64,000 bases of DNA from positions 20,606 to 84,605 of the forward strand of contig JAHDRW010000012.1 of the NCBI GenBank assembly GCA_018433085.1, given 5' to 3'. A model generated the notes under the pieces. The model was not told the DNA's origin, did not search any database, and saw only the letters and a program-made list of their open reading frames with translations. This document shows, piece after piece, positions 19,159 through 29,138 of this stretch. The stretch is from Deltaproteobacteria bacterium. Its GTDB lineage: Bacteria; Desulfobacterota; Desulfomonilia; UBA1062. Each line of letters opens with the position of its first letter. Position 1 is the stretch's first letter. The position numbers and the translations under genes were made by a program.

Positions 19159-20088
19159 ATGTACAACACGAGCCAAACAGCGGAAAACGACAAGGCCCTC
19201 ATTCTCGAGGTCAAGGGCAACTCGCTTGACGATGGCCCGGGAATCCGGACCGTGGTTTTCTTCAAGGGCTGCCCGTTGAACTGCCTGTGGTGCCACAACC
19301 CGGAGAGCAAAAAGGCGCTCCCCGAGATCTCCTTCGACCCGGAGAAGTGTGTGGGATGCGACTCGTGCATTGACGTCTGCCCCGAGGGCGCTTTGGACAG
19401 GGCCAACCCCCTGTTTGTGGACAGAACCCGTTGCACGCTGTGCATGGAGTGTACACGGGTGTGCCCGGGCACGGCCCTTTCCCCGGTGGGCAGATATCTG
19501 GGCGTCGACGAGGTCGTGAGAGAGATCGAGAAGGATCTGCCCTTTTTCCAGGCATCAGCCGGCGGGGTCACACTCTCCGGGGGAGAGCCGACCCTGTTCA
19601 TGGGCTTTGCCTCGCGGCTCCTGGCCAGGCTAAAGAAAAAGAGGATTCACACCCTGCTGGAGACCTGCGGGTTCTTCGACTACGCTAGATTCATGGAGCT
19701 TCTCTATCCCCATCTCGATGCGATCTATTACGACCTCAAGCTCTTCGACCCCGGTGAGCACAAACGCTTCTGCGGGGTCTCCAGCGAGACGATCCTGAAG
19801 AACTTTACGGAGCTGAGCGCGGCGTGCGCCCGGGACAACAGGGAGATCCTCCCCAGAATACCGCTGGTTCCCGGGGTTACCGCCACCCGGGAGAACCTTG
19901 GCTCAATCGCCCGTTTCCTGAAAGACCTGAATGTCATGAGAGTCGCACTACTCCCGTACAATCCCCTGTGGTTGTCCAAGCTCCCCATGCTCGGGCAGAC
20001 CCGGCGGACCGACCTCTCCGGAGAATGGATGGCAGGCGGAGAGATCGAGGAATGCAGAAGGATATTCTCGGACTTTTATATCGTCTGA
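19159..20088 (+). CDS. Glycyl radical enzyme activating enzyme (radical SAM), with a ferredoxin-like insert
   Basis: CPLNCLWCHNPES (the CxxxCxxC radical-SAM motif) plus two extra Cys clusters (CVGCDSCIDVCP, CTLCMECTRVCP), as in CutD/DhaB2/HpdA-type activases. GGEP SAM motif. 18 bp downstream of the GRE gene. Confidence 0.85.
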   Translation: MYNTSQTAENDKALILEVKGNSLDDGPGIRTVVFFKGCPLNCLWCHNPESKKALPEISFDPEKCVGCDSCIDVCPEGALDRANPLFVDRTRCTLCMECTRVCPGTALSPVGRYLGVDEVVREIEKDLPFFQASAGGVTLSGGEPTLFMGFASRLLARLKKKRIHTLLETCGFFDYARFMELLYPHLDAIYYDLKLFDPGEHKRFCGVSSETILKNFTELSAACARDNREILPRIPLVPGVTATRENLGSIARFLKDLNVMRVALLPYNPLWLSKLPMLGQTRRTDLSGEWMAGGEIEECRRIFSDFYIV

Positions 20089-20348
20089 CCGCGGGCGTCC
20101 CCCTTTTCCAAGGGACGCTCTCGATTCTCCTGTATTCCGAATCAATGGTGCTGACCTTTGAACGGCAAGTCCTGGATCCAGCTTCAAACCGCAATATTGA
20201 AGGGGAACGTGCTCCCACCTTCTCAGATCCTCCAAGAAGTGAACTTGAAAAGAAGGACTCACCAGCGTTCGTTCCCGACCCTACTGCACGCTTCCGATTC
20301 CCTGGTATTTCCGATTTCCCGGTAGGGCTTCTTCATCCTTATAAAAAA

Positions 20349-20375
20349 GCCAGGCCGTCTTTCAGGCCGCCTGGA
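20349..20375 (-). terminator. Hairpin plus T-run overlapping the stop codon of the EEP gene
   Basis: Read on the minus strand: CCAGGCGGCC-tgaaaga-CGGCCTGGC followed by TTTTTTAT. Confidence 0.45.
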
Positions 20376-21186
20376 TCTTGCGGCCCGCTGATACTCCCGG
20401 CAGCAGGACCTCTGTCGGCAGGATAACCTCCATGGTGATCGGGAGATGGTCGGAAAGGGCGTAGTTGAGCACCTCGGCCGGACCCGTGGTGATGGTGGGC
20501 GATACCAGGATGTGATCGAGATGTTTTTTCGGGTTCCAGCTCGGGTAGGTGAACAGGTCGGAATACGGCATACGGAGGTTCGTCTCGTGGAGAAACCGGG
20601 ACAGCTCCCTGCTGTCGGGACTGCAGTTCAGGTCGCCCATGAGTATCACGTGCTTGTAGCCCCTGATCAGCCCGCTCAGATATTCCATCTGGAAACCCCG
20701 GGCCTTTCTGCTCAGAGACAGGTGCGCGAGGACAAGCACCAGGGGATTTTCCCGGTTCCCGAAACTGACCACCAGCGCGCCCCTGCCAGGCAGCCGGGCG
20801 GGAAGGTCGTGGCGGCTGATGCCGGTGGGGGCATATCTGCTGAGCAGACCCATGCTGTGCCGGGCCACCTTCCAGAGCTTTCGGTTTGTCTTGTCGCACC
20901 AGTGGGGAAACAACGCCTCCCTTGCCAGGTACTCGGCGTAATTGATGAAACCGCTCCTGAGCGACCCACTGTCGAGCTCTTGGAGGCCCACCATATCAAA
21001 GCCCCTGATCATCCGGGCGATGCGGTGGAGATTTCTGAGTCTCTGGCTACAGGGCAGAAGATGCTTCCACCCGTGAAACACGTAATCGCGGAAACCGGCA
21101 GCCGCTATGCCTACCTGGATATTGTAGCTGAGCAGACGGAGTCTGGAACCTGCGGTAATATCATGAAACGGCACAACTGCATGCAT
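20362..21186 (-). CDS. Endonuclease/exonuclease/phosphatase (EEP) family protein
   Basis: LLSYNIQVG (N-terminal Asn/Glu catalytic region), GDLN and SDHLPI C-terminal motifs, as in Exo-endo-phos (PF03372). Confidence 0.7.
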   Translation of the reverse strand: MHAVVPFHDITAGSRLRLLSYNIQVGIAAAGFRDYVFHGWKHLLPCSQRLRNLHRIARMIRGFDMVGLQELDSGSLRSGFINYAEYLAREALFPHWCDKTNRKLWKVARHSMGLLSRYAPTGISRHDLPARLPGRGALVVSFGNRENPLVLVLAHLSLSRKARGFQMEYLSGLIRGYKHVILMGDLNCSPDSRELSRFLHETNLRMPYSDLFTYPSWNPKKHLDHILVSPTITTGPAEVLNYALSDHLPITMEVILPTEVLLPGVSAGRKIQAA

Positions 21187-21499
21187 GGTTTGTCCCTATT
21201 GCTTCTTCAAAAGAAATGCCCAAGGAATCCGGTGGATATTCACCTTCATTTCCGATGCGGGAACGGAGGAACAGGACCCGCGCAAAGGGCTCTCCCGTCT
21301 CTCCTCACCTGATAGAGCGAGAACGATCACCCATGCATACTAGGCACGTATGCCGGCCGTACGCAAGCAGGAAAAATCACCGTTGCCGTTGCCTCCACCT
21401 GCCGATGTTCCAGATGCAGACAATACTGAAGAGTATTCAGTACCTCGGAAAACTGCCTCCTGAAAACATCTCCGCCTGCCGTACCTGGCGGACTTTCTC

Positions 21500-21958
21500 C
21501 TAGAGAACGGACTGCACCTGTCTCTTGAGCTCATCTTTCGGGAGGGCGCCTGTGACGGTATTCACCAGGGACCCGTTCTTGAAGAACAGTAGGCTCGGGA
21601 TGGAGCGTATGCCGTAGCGCGACGAGGTAATGGGATTCTCGTCCACATTGAGCTTGGCAACCTTTATCCTGCCGGAGAATTCCTGAGCCAGTTGATCGAG
21701 AACCGGCGTGACCATCCTGCATGCCCCGCACCAGGATGCCCAGAAATCCACCAGCACGGTTCCCGGACTTTCCAGCACCTCCTGCTGAAAACTTGCATCG
21801 GTCACCTTTACGGGATGTTCAGGCGCCCGGGCGGAAGACCCAATGCCAAGCGGCATGTGGCACTTGCCACAGCGGGCGTTCCTGCCCTTCTTCTCGGCAG
21901 GAATCCGGTTCCTTGCCCCACATCTCGGACACTGGACAATCACGTCTTCCTGATTCAT
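21500..21958 (-). CDS. Thioredoxin with N-terminal zinc-ribbon (TrxC/Trx2-like)
   Basis: WASWCGACR active site. Preceded by CPRCGARN...CGKCH (a 4-Cys zinc-finger). Start chosen at the second Met, which has a ggagaggaaagggg RBS; an alternative ATG lies at 22012. Confidence 0.8.
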   Translation of the reverse strand: MNQEDVIVQCPRCGARNRIPAEKKGRNARCGKCHMPLGIGSSARAPEHPVKVTDASFQQEVLESPGTVLVDFWASWCGACRMVTPVLDQLAQEFSGRIKVAKLNVDENPITSSRYGIRSIPSLLFFKNGSLVNTVTGALPKDELKRQVQSVL

Positions 21959-22715
21959 CTCATCACCCCTTTCCTCTCCAAAGAGATCTCGTGTTTCCAT
22001 TCCCTGGTTCAATGCTCATTTCATAGGGTCACGGTTCCCTGTTTCCAAGAAGAGCCCGAAAGGAGACCTGTTCTTTCCCTGTTCCCGAAATCCGGTTCGC
22101 CGGGTGATCGATTTGGTCCATGATGGCAGATCTTTCATCGTGTCAAGAATCCGGAACGCTCACCGAACAGGGCATCTTCGGGACACTTCCTGCCTTCCTA
22201 TCCACGCCCCCACGTCTGTGCCATGGATCCTGGATCCCGGGGCAGTACGCTCAGCCTGTTCCCCCGACATCACGATCGGGTCTGGGCAGCTTCTTGCCGC
22301 CTGGATATGCGTTTCCATCCCCTGATTCACACCGGTCCCGGTGCTTGTAACGGCTCGGCCTCTGGAAATTTGCTATGATAATTATTATAGCAATTACCGG
22401 TAATTATAAGCCGTAAATTCTGGTAAATTTTCCGGCAACTGTCATTACTGGTTCTTACACATTAATATTGACAGCCTGATCAAAATTATGTATCTGTTAG
22501 GGTTGATTGACATGACTGTCAAATTATAAGATGTAGAATTCTTGTGGTGCAACACGGAGAGTATTGGTATTCTATTGAAACCTTCTTCTAAGTCCGCTTC
22601 GGAGGACTTTGAAGGCGGGGTCACATTCCCCGCCGCTTGCGGCGTAAGAGGGTCCAGGGCTTGCCCTGGGATTCATACCATTGACGGCACGAAAAGGACA
22701 AAAGGAGAGTTCTCG

Positions 22716-24356
22716 ATGGAAGAGTTTCGCGAGATAACGATGGGAGAGCTCATCAGAGAGACAGCCTCCCGGTATCCCGACCGTGAGGCACTGATATTCC
22801 CGGCGGCATCGTTGAGGCTTACCTATTCGGAGTTCGAGCAGAAATGCAGGGAAACAGCCAAGGGTTTCATGGCCTTGGGGGTCAAGAAGGGGGATCATGT
22901 CTCGGTATGGGCCACCAATATCCCCCAGTGGGTATATCTGCAGTTCGGCCTGGGCATGATCGGCGCCGTACTGGTGACAGTGAACACGAACTACAAGTCG
23001 AGCGAGTTGAATTATATTCTCAATCAGTCGGACTCCACGACTCTGGTCCTCATCGAGGAGTACCGTGACACGAACTACCGTGACATGCTCAGCGTGGTGG
23101 TCCCCGGGCTGAACTCCATGGAGGCCGGCAAGATACGGTCAGACAGTCTCCCGCTCTTGAAAAACATCGTCTATATCGGCGGCAGGAGCGAGACGCCAGG
23201 CATGTTCTCCTTCGATCAGGTCATGGGCCTGGGCAGGAAAATCTCCGATGCCGAGCTTGCTGAGAGGGAGGAATCCATCGACTTCCATGATGTGGTGAAC
23301 ATGCAGTATACCTCAGGCACCACCGGTTTCCCCAAGGGGGTCATGCTCACCCACTATAACGTGATCAACAATGCACGGATGGTCGGAGACGTGATGGGAA
23401 TGACGGAGAAAGACCGTCTTCTTATCCAGGTTCCCCTGTTCCACTGCTTCGGCTGCGTGATGAGCTCGCTCAACTGCGTCGTGCACGGGTCGACCATGGT
23501 CATGATGGAATATTTCGACGCGATCAAGGCCCTGAAATATATCCAGGACGAAAAATGCACGGCTATCAACGGCGTGCCTACGATGTTCATCTCGATCCTG
23601 AGCCACGAGGACTTTTCAGAGTACGATATGTCGTCTCTCAGGACAGGCATCATGGCCGGCGCCCCCTGCCCCGAGGAAACCATGAGACAGGTGATGGAAA
23701 GGATGCACTGCCCGGAGGTGGTCATCGCCTTCGGCCAGACCGAGAGCTCTCCGGTCATGAACATGACGCGCAGGGACGACCCTGTGGATGTCCGGGTAAC
23801 CACGGTGGGAAGGCTGCTCCCGGGTATCCTGGGAAAGATCGTGGACCCCGCCACCGGCGAAGAGCTGCCGCCGAACGTTCAGGGCGAAATCGTGACCAAG
23901 AGTCCCTGTGTCATGAAAGGCTACTACAAGATGCCCGATGACACGGAAAAGGCCATCGATGCGGACGGCTGGCTCCACACCGGCGATCTGGGAATCGTTG
24001 ACGAACAGGGAAACTTCAAGATCACCGGCAGAATCAAGGAAATGATTATCCGGGGCGGCGAGAATATCTATCCGCGGGAAATCGAAGAGTACCTTCACAA
24101 GCACTCCAAGATACGGGACGTCTATGTGGTGGGCGTGCCTGACAAGAAGTATGGAGAGCAGGTCCTGGCCGTGGTCATCCCCGAGCCGGGCGAGAAGATC
24201 ACCGAAGAAGAGCTCGTTGAATACTGCACCAACCGGATCGCCCGGCACAAGATACCCAGATACTGGCAGTTCACCGACGAGGTGCCCATGACGGCAAGCG
24301 GCAAGGTCCAGAAATACAAGATCGTGGAACAGTATTCGCTGAGGCTCACCGGGTAA
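22716..24356 (+). CDS. AMP-forming acyl-CoA synthetase (fatty-acid/medium-chain CoA ligase family)
   Basis: YTSGTTGFPKGV (AMP-binding motif), GEIVTKSPCVMKGYY and GDLG...RxKExIIRGGENIYPREIE C-terminal motifs. aaaggagag RBS at 22705. Confidence 0.85.
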   Translation: MEEFREITMGELIRETASRYPDREALIFPAASLRLTYSEFEQKCRETAKGFMALGVKKGDHVSVWATNIPQWVYLQFGLGMIGAVLVTVNTNYKSSELNYILNQSDSTTLVLIEEYRDTNYRDMLSVVVPGLNSMEAGKIRSDSLPLLKNIVYIGGRSETPGMFSFDQVMGLGRKISDAELAEREESIDFHDVVNMQYTSGTTGFPKGVMLTHYNVINNARMVGDVMGMTEKDRLLIQVPLFHCFGCVMSSLNCVVHGSTMVMMEYFDAIKALKYIQDEKCTAINGVPTMFISILSHEDFSEYDMSSLRTGIMAGAPCPEETMRQVMERMHCPEVVIAFGQTESSPVMNMTRRDDPVDVRVTTVGRLLPGILGKIVDPATGEELPPNVQGEIVTKSPCVMKGYYKMPDDTEKAIDADGWLHTGDLGIVDEQGNFKITGRIKEMIIRGGENIYPREIEEYLHKHSKIRDVYVVGVPDKKYGEQVLAVVIPEPGEKITEEELVEYCTNRIARHKIPRYWQFTDEVPMTASGKVQKYKIVEQYSLRLTG

Positions 24357-24481
24357 GCGCTGCCGGCGCATACGGTGTGGGTCCGCACAGGCCGGGCAGT
24401 CCCGTGACCCGCTCGGGCCCGGCCGCTCAGGCCCTTAGCCCTGGATGGGACGAATGCCCGCCTGTTCACCCCACTGTCCTC

Positions 24482-26587
24482 CTAGACACCTGAAATCCGG
24501 GCCCGAGCATCCAGGGCCACGACGCCCCTGCCTTCCGGGAGCACCCTCACCGGATTGATATCGAGCTCCTGAATCTGCGGGAATGCGGCCAGGAGATGAG
24601 AAACCCGGACCGCCAGGTCGACGAAGGCCGCCACATCCCCGGGGGCCTTCCCCCGCATACCCCGGAGCACGGGGAAGGACTTCAGGCGTGCAAGTCTTGC
24701 GGATATGGTGGATGCGGCCGCCGGGCACAGCGCATTGGCCACGTCCCGGAACACCTCCACATAGATGCCTCCCATGCCGAACAGCAACACGGGCCCGAAT
24801 GACGGATCGTTTTTTCCGCCCACGAACATGTCGTAACCCTCAGGCGCCATCCTCTGAATCCTCACCCCGTCGAAACGGGCATCAGGCCGGTATTTTTTAA
24901 GGTTACCGCGGATGGTTTCGAAGGTCTCGGCCGCCTCGTCCGCCGTGCTCACCCCCACGAACACGCCTCCCGCATCCGTCTTGTGCAGGGCATCGGGCGA
25001 GACCACCTTCATGACCACCGGATAGCCCGCCTCCTCTGCATACGACCTGGCCTCGCTGATATCGGACGCCACCCTCGACCAGGCGACAGGAATCTGAAAC
25101 AGGGAGAGCAGGTCAAGGAGCTCCTCGCCCATATCTCCCGCCTTCCCGCTCATCCAAGCCCGTGCGGCATCCACGTCGATACCGGGAGGCGGGGCTTCTT
25201 CCTTCCGGGGCTCCATCCTGTGCGCATAGTAGTTCATCTGCACCGCCATGGCATTCACCATTTCTTCGGGGCTGTTGAAAATGGGGAACTCGACCGATTT
25301 CTTGGTCTGCTGTATCATCCGGGCAGGGCCGAAGAGACACACACCCAGCGGCTTGCCCGAGGAGAGGATCGTCCCCCAGGTCTCCTTGGACAGATCTGAA
25401 AGAAACATCTTGTGGAACACGTCTTCTCCCTGGGGCATCTGGGGCCGCTGGCTCACGAACATCGCACCGTCCACCTCGTTCGAGTGCATGACCGAGTAGA
25501 TCACGTGGGCCGTGAACTTCGGGTCATAGATGTCGCCCATGTCCAGGGGATTGGAAAACTTGATAACGCCCGCATTGTTGAACTGCTGCAGGCTGTCGTA
25601 GAAATCGCGGCCCATGTCGGCAAACGCAAACCCCTCCTTTTCGCAGAGGTCCGCGGTGATGACCGAGAAACCTCCGGCCGGGCTCATCACCATAACCCGC
25701 CTTCCCTTCATGGGCGGCAGATGGAAGGCCTTGGCCACCTCGATAAAATCCAGAAAGTTTTGTATGCGAATAATCCCGGCCTCTTCGAACGCCGCATCGA
25801 TGATGTCCTCGTCGTTGCTTACTGCAGCCGTATGGCTCATGGCAGCCTTTTTACCGGCAGAGGTGGTGTTCGCCTTGTACACGACCACGGGCTTGTCCAC
25901 GGCCCGCGCCGCCTCGATGAAGTCCCTGCCCCGGGGCATGCTCTCCAGGTAGAGGCAGATGATCCTGGTCTGCGGGTCCTCACCGAAGTAGCGGAGAAAG
26001 TCCACCTCGTCCAGATCGAGCTTGTTTCCGATACTGGCGAACTTGGCCAGCCCCACCTGCTCGTCCAGGAGAAAGTTCAGCATCATCAGCGACACCCCGC
26101 CGCTCTGGGAAATGATGGACATCTCTCCCTTGGGCGCCTTGAACAGCGGAACGAAGGGCAGGCACAGGCCGTTGTCCGTGTTGGCCACGGTCACGCCGTT
26201 CGGCCCCACGAAGCGGACCCCCTGCTCGCGGGCGTTCTCTAGGGTCAGGCGCGCGAGCCTCTCGCCCTCTTCACTGAACTCGGCAAAGCCGCCCGATGGA
26301 ATGGCCATACGCTTGATGCCGAACTCCCCGCAGCGCCTGACCATATCGGGAACGAACCTGGCCGGGATCAGGCAATACGCCAGGTCGGGAACCTCGGGGA
26401 GATCCTCGATCTCCCTGAACATCTTGATCCCATCCACGTGGAGATCGTCGCTGCGCGGATTGACGCCGAAGATCCTCCCCCGGTAACCCCAGCGGAGCAG
26501 GTTCTCCAGGGTGATCCGGGGAATGTTGGACGGCTTGGAGGAAAGGCCGATGATCGCGATGGAATCGGGATAAAACAGCTTGTACAT
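24482..26587 (-). CDS. ADP-forming acetyl/acyl-CoA synthetase (NDP-forming, fused alpha-beta)
   Basis: N-terminal CoA-binding domain (IAIIGLSSKPSN...GYRGRIFGVNPR), a ligase-CoA domain and a C-terminal ATP-grasp domain (PVVMKVVSPDALHKTDAGGV). About 700 aa. Confidence 0.8.
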   Translation of the reverse strand: MYKLFYPDSIAIIGLSSKPSNIPRITLENLLRWGYRGRIFGVNPRSDDLHVDGIKMFREIEDLPEVPDLAYCLIPARFVPDMVRRCGEFGIKRMAIPSGGFAEFSEEGERLARLTLENAREQGVRFVGPNGVTVANTDNGLCLPFVPLFKAPKGEMSIISQSGGVSLMMLNFLLDEQVGLAKFASIGNKLDLDEVDFLRYFGEDPQTRIICLYLESMPRGRDFIEAARAVDKPVVVYKANTTSAGKKAAMSHTAAVSNDEDIIDAAFEEAGIIRIQNFLDFIEVAKAFHLPPMKGRRVMVMSPAGGFSVITADLCEKEGFAFADMGRDFYDSLQQFNNAGVIKFSNPLDMGDIYDPKFTAHVIYSVMHSNEVDGAMFVSQRPQMPQGEDVFHKMFLSDLSKETWGTILSSGKPLGVCLFGPARMIQQTKKSVEFPIFNSPEEMVNAMAVQMNYYAHRMEPRKEEAPPPGIDVDAARAWMSGKAGDMGEELLDLLSLFQIPVAWSRVASDISEARSYAEEAGYPVVMKVVSPDALHKTDAGGVFVGVSTADEAAETFETIRGNLKKYRPDARFDGVRIQRMAPEGYDMFVGGKNDPSFGPVLLFGMGGIYVEVFRDVANALCPAAASTISARLARLKSFPVLRGMRGKAPGDVAAFVDLAVRVSHLLAAFPQIQELDINPVRVLPEGRGVVALDARARISGV

Positions 26588-26776
26588 GAAAGACACCTCC
26601 TTAAAACAGGAACAACGCGTGTATGAATAAACCTTTCCGGCTGAAAAGCAAGCTCGGCTCTTCTCCCTTCCTGCCGGAAGAGCGAATGAAGACGGCGATC
26701 CGTTTCCTGTTCCTCATTGAGCAACAGGAAAGCCGCCGGACGGAAGGGACACGGCTCTCCCGTCCGGTGACACGGA

Positions 26777-28645
26777 TCAGGAGAAGACAAAACTCTCTTC
26801 CGGGATCTCCAGGATTGACATGTCTTCGTTCTTGATTCCGACTGCCGCGGCATCCACCTCGGGCAGCACGTTCTTGGCGAAAAACCTGGCCGAATAAACC
26901 TTGCCGGTATAGAAGGCGGCATTCTTGTTGCCCTTGACGAACCGGGCCCAGGCCGAGGCATCACCCTGGTCCACGCCGTGGGCCTTTGCCAGCTCATTCA
27001 GCTTCTGCTGGGCCACGCCCGCCTCCCAGAAGAGTAACCAGCCCGACACCACCTTGCCCATCATCATGAGGAACGGGTAGGAATTATTGATGGGAACCAG
27101 GAACTTGCCCTGCTTGCCGCAGGTGGCGAGGTAAAGGCCCATCTCGGCGAGCGTGTTCACGGCCTTCTGCACATCGGGGGCAAAGTCCTTGACGCTGTTC
27201 AAGTCCTTGTATCTGGCGATGGCATTGTTCATCTCGCCCAGCAGGGTCATGAAATAGGCGCCCTTCTTCATACCCAGCTTTCTGCCGATGAGGTCGAGGG
27301 CCTGGATACCGTTCGCACCTTCGTAGATGGACGCGATCTTCTCGTCGCGCAGGAACTGTTCCACCGGGTACTCGCAGCAGAACCCGTACCCTCCGTAGCA
27401 CTGCATGGCAGTCTCCGTGACCCGGAATCCGATATCCGATAAATATGCCTTGACAATGGGGGTCAGAACCTCGGCCAGCCCCAGCCACTTATCCTTTTCC
27501 ACCTCGTCGGCGGCAACATGCTCCATGTCGAAGCAGTAGGCGGTGAAATAGGCGAGCGCCCTCATGCCGTCCACGGCGGACTTCATCCACAAGAGCATCC
27601 TCCGGACATCCGGGTGCTGGATTATGGAGACACGCGGTGCCTCCGGGTTTTTGAACTCCATGAGGGACGACCCCTGGAGCCGGTCTTTGGTGTATTGCAG
27701 TGCATGCAGATAGGCGATCGATCCGCTTGCCAGCCCCTGCATGCCCACGGCGAGGCGCGCCTCGTTCATCATCTGGAACATGATCTTCATGCCCTGACGT
27801 TCTTCTCCCAGCAGTTCGGCATAGCATTCGTTGTTGTCTCCGAAGTTGATGAGGCAGGTTGCGCTGCCCTTGATGCCCATCTTGTGCTCGATGTTGGCGA
27901 TCTCGTAGTCGTTGCGCCTGCCCAGGGAGCCGTCCTCGTTGACCAGATACTTGGGCACGAGGAAGATGGAGATGCCCTTGGTCCCGGCGGGGTCGCCCTC
28001 GATCCGCGCAAGCACGGGATGCACGATGTTTTCCACCAGGTCGTGGTCGCCGCCGGTGATGAATATCTTGGTGCCCTGGATCTTGAAGGTGCCGTCGGGC
28101 TGGCGGATGGCCCTGGTGCTCATGTTGCCCAGATCGGACCCGGCATTGGGCTCGGTGAGCGCCATGGTGCCGCCCCAGATGCCCTGAACCATATTGTCCA
28201 TGTATTTCCTCTTCTGTTCCTCGGTGCCATAGGTCATGATCAGGTGAGCGGCGCCCTCGGTGGCAAAGGGATAGGCCACGAAGGCGAAGTTGTGGTAGAA
28301 CCATTCGATTGCGGCCGTCTTCACGCTCTCGGGCAGGCCCTGCCCCCCCTCTTCCGGCGGGAAAGACATGCCTATCCATCCGCCCTCGCGGAAGAGCTTG
28401 AACGCCCGCTGATAGCACGCAGGAACCCTCACCTCGCCGCCGTTGAGCGTGCAGCCCTCCTTGTCGCCCTCGGCCAGAGTGGGCAGGATCTCCTCCACCG
28501 CAATCTTCTGGGCCTCGGTGAGGATCATGTCGAACATGTCCCGGGAAAAGTCCGCATATTTCTCATATCCGCAGAGCTTCTCCACATCGAGCATCTCATA
28601 GAGGATAAACTGCTGATCCCTTTCATCTAAAATCAGATTCGCCAT
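26777..28645 (-). CDS. Acyl-CoA dehydrogenase, long form (about 620 aa) with C-terminal extension
   Basis: GGTMALTEPNAGSDLG, FITGGDHD and the ACAD fold motifs (CYGGYGF-like region: QCYGGYGFCCEY). N-terminal MANLILDERDQQF. Confidence 0.85.
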   Translation of the reverse strand: MANLILDERDQQFILYEMLDVEKLCGYEKYADFSRDMFDMILTEAQKIAVEEILPTLAEGDKEGCTLNGGEVRVPACYQRAFKLFREGGWIGMSFPPEEGGQGLPESVKTAAIEWFYHNFAFVAYPFATEGAAHLIMTYGTEEQKRKYMDNMVQGIWGGTMALTEPNAGSDLGNMSTRAIRQPDGTFKIQGTKIFITGGDHDLVENIVHPVLARIEGDPAGTKGISIFLVPKYLVNEDGSLGRRNDYEIANIEHKMGIKGSATCLINFGDNNECYAELLGEERQGMKIMFQMMNEARLAVGMQGLASGSIAYLHALQYTKDRLQGSSLMEFKNPEAPRVSIIQHPDVRRMLLWMKSAVDGMRALAYFTAYCFDMEHVAADEVEKDKWLGLAEVLTPIVKAYLSDIGFRVTETAMQCYGGYGFCCEYPVEQFLRDEKIASIYEGANGIQALDLIGRKLGMKKGAYFMTLLGEMNNAIARYKDLNSVKDFAPDVQKAVNTLAEMGLYLATCGKQGKFLVPINNSYPFLMMMGKVVSGWLLFWEAGVAQQKLNELAKAHGVDQGDASAWARFVKGNKNAAFYTGKVYSARFFAKNVLPEVDAAAVGIKNEDMSILEIPEESFVFS

Positions 28646-28666
28646 ACTCCCGCTCCTTTATAAAGT

Positions 28667-29138
28667 TTATTGTTTATTCTCCTGAAATCTCCTCATTTGC
28701 CAGGTTCCGTGCACCATGCTGCATACCTCTCCATGGGCGTCCTTAAGCTCGAGGTCTATGGTCCAGTCTTTCTTGCCTTCTTTCTGCGTCGCCCGCTGGA
28801 TTGCCTCCACCTCGCCGGGCTCGAGAGAAACCTCCGGGGTCAGATCGGTGGAGGCCGGCCTGGGGTACCTGATGGAAACCTCTTTGACAATGGGATAGAA
28901 CTTCGCGGAATCGAACGAGACATAATACATGACGCCCCCCGAGGACTCGGCCGGGATAAAGAGCGACCTCCCCGTACACGATCCCGATGCGGTTGACGTT
29001 GGGGACGTTGGGCTCGAAGGGCATGACGACCCGAACGAAACGGCCCTTAAGATCGACAATTCTCACCCCGGTTTTCTCTATGGGAGGCACGGCCTTTTCG
29101 AGCAAAGGGACAGCGTCACGATATTTCTCTTCTATCAT
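28667..29138 (-). pseudogene. Hot-dog-fold thioesterase-like gene (DUF4442/PaaI-like) interrupted by a frameshift in a C/G homopolymer near 28970
   Basis: Frame A (29138 downward) reads ...NVNRIGIVYGE. Frame B then continues ...GGRSLFIPAESSGGV..., which together reconstitute the hot-dog N..G.vHGG...lAD..GG motif. The junction is in the gggg run (cccc at 28970-28973). Confidence 0.4.
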
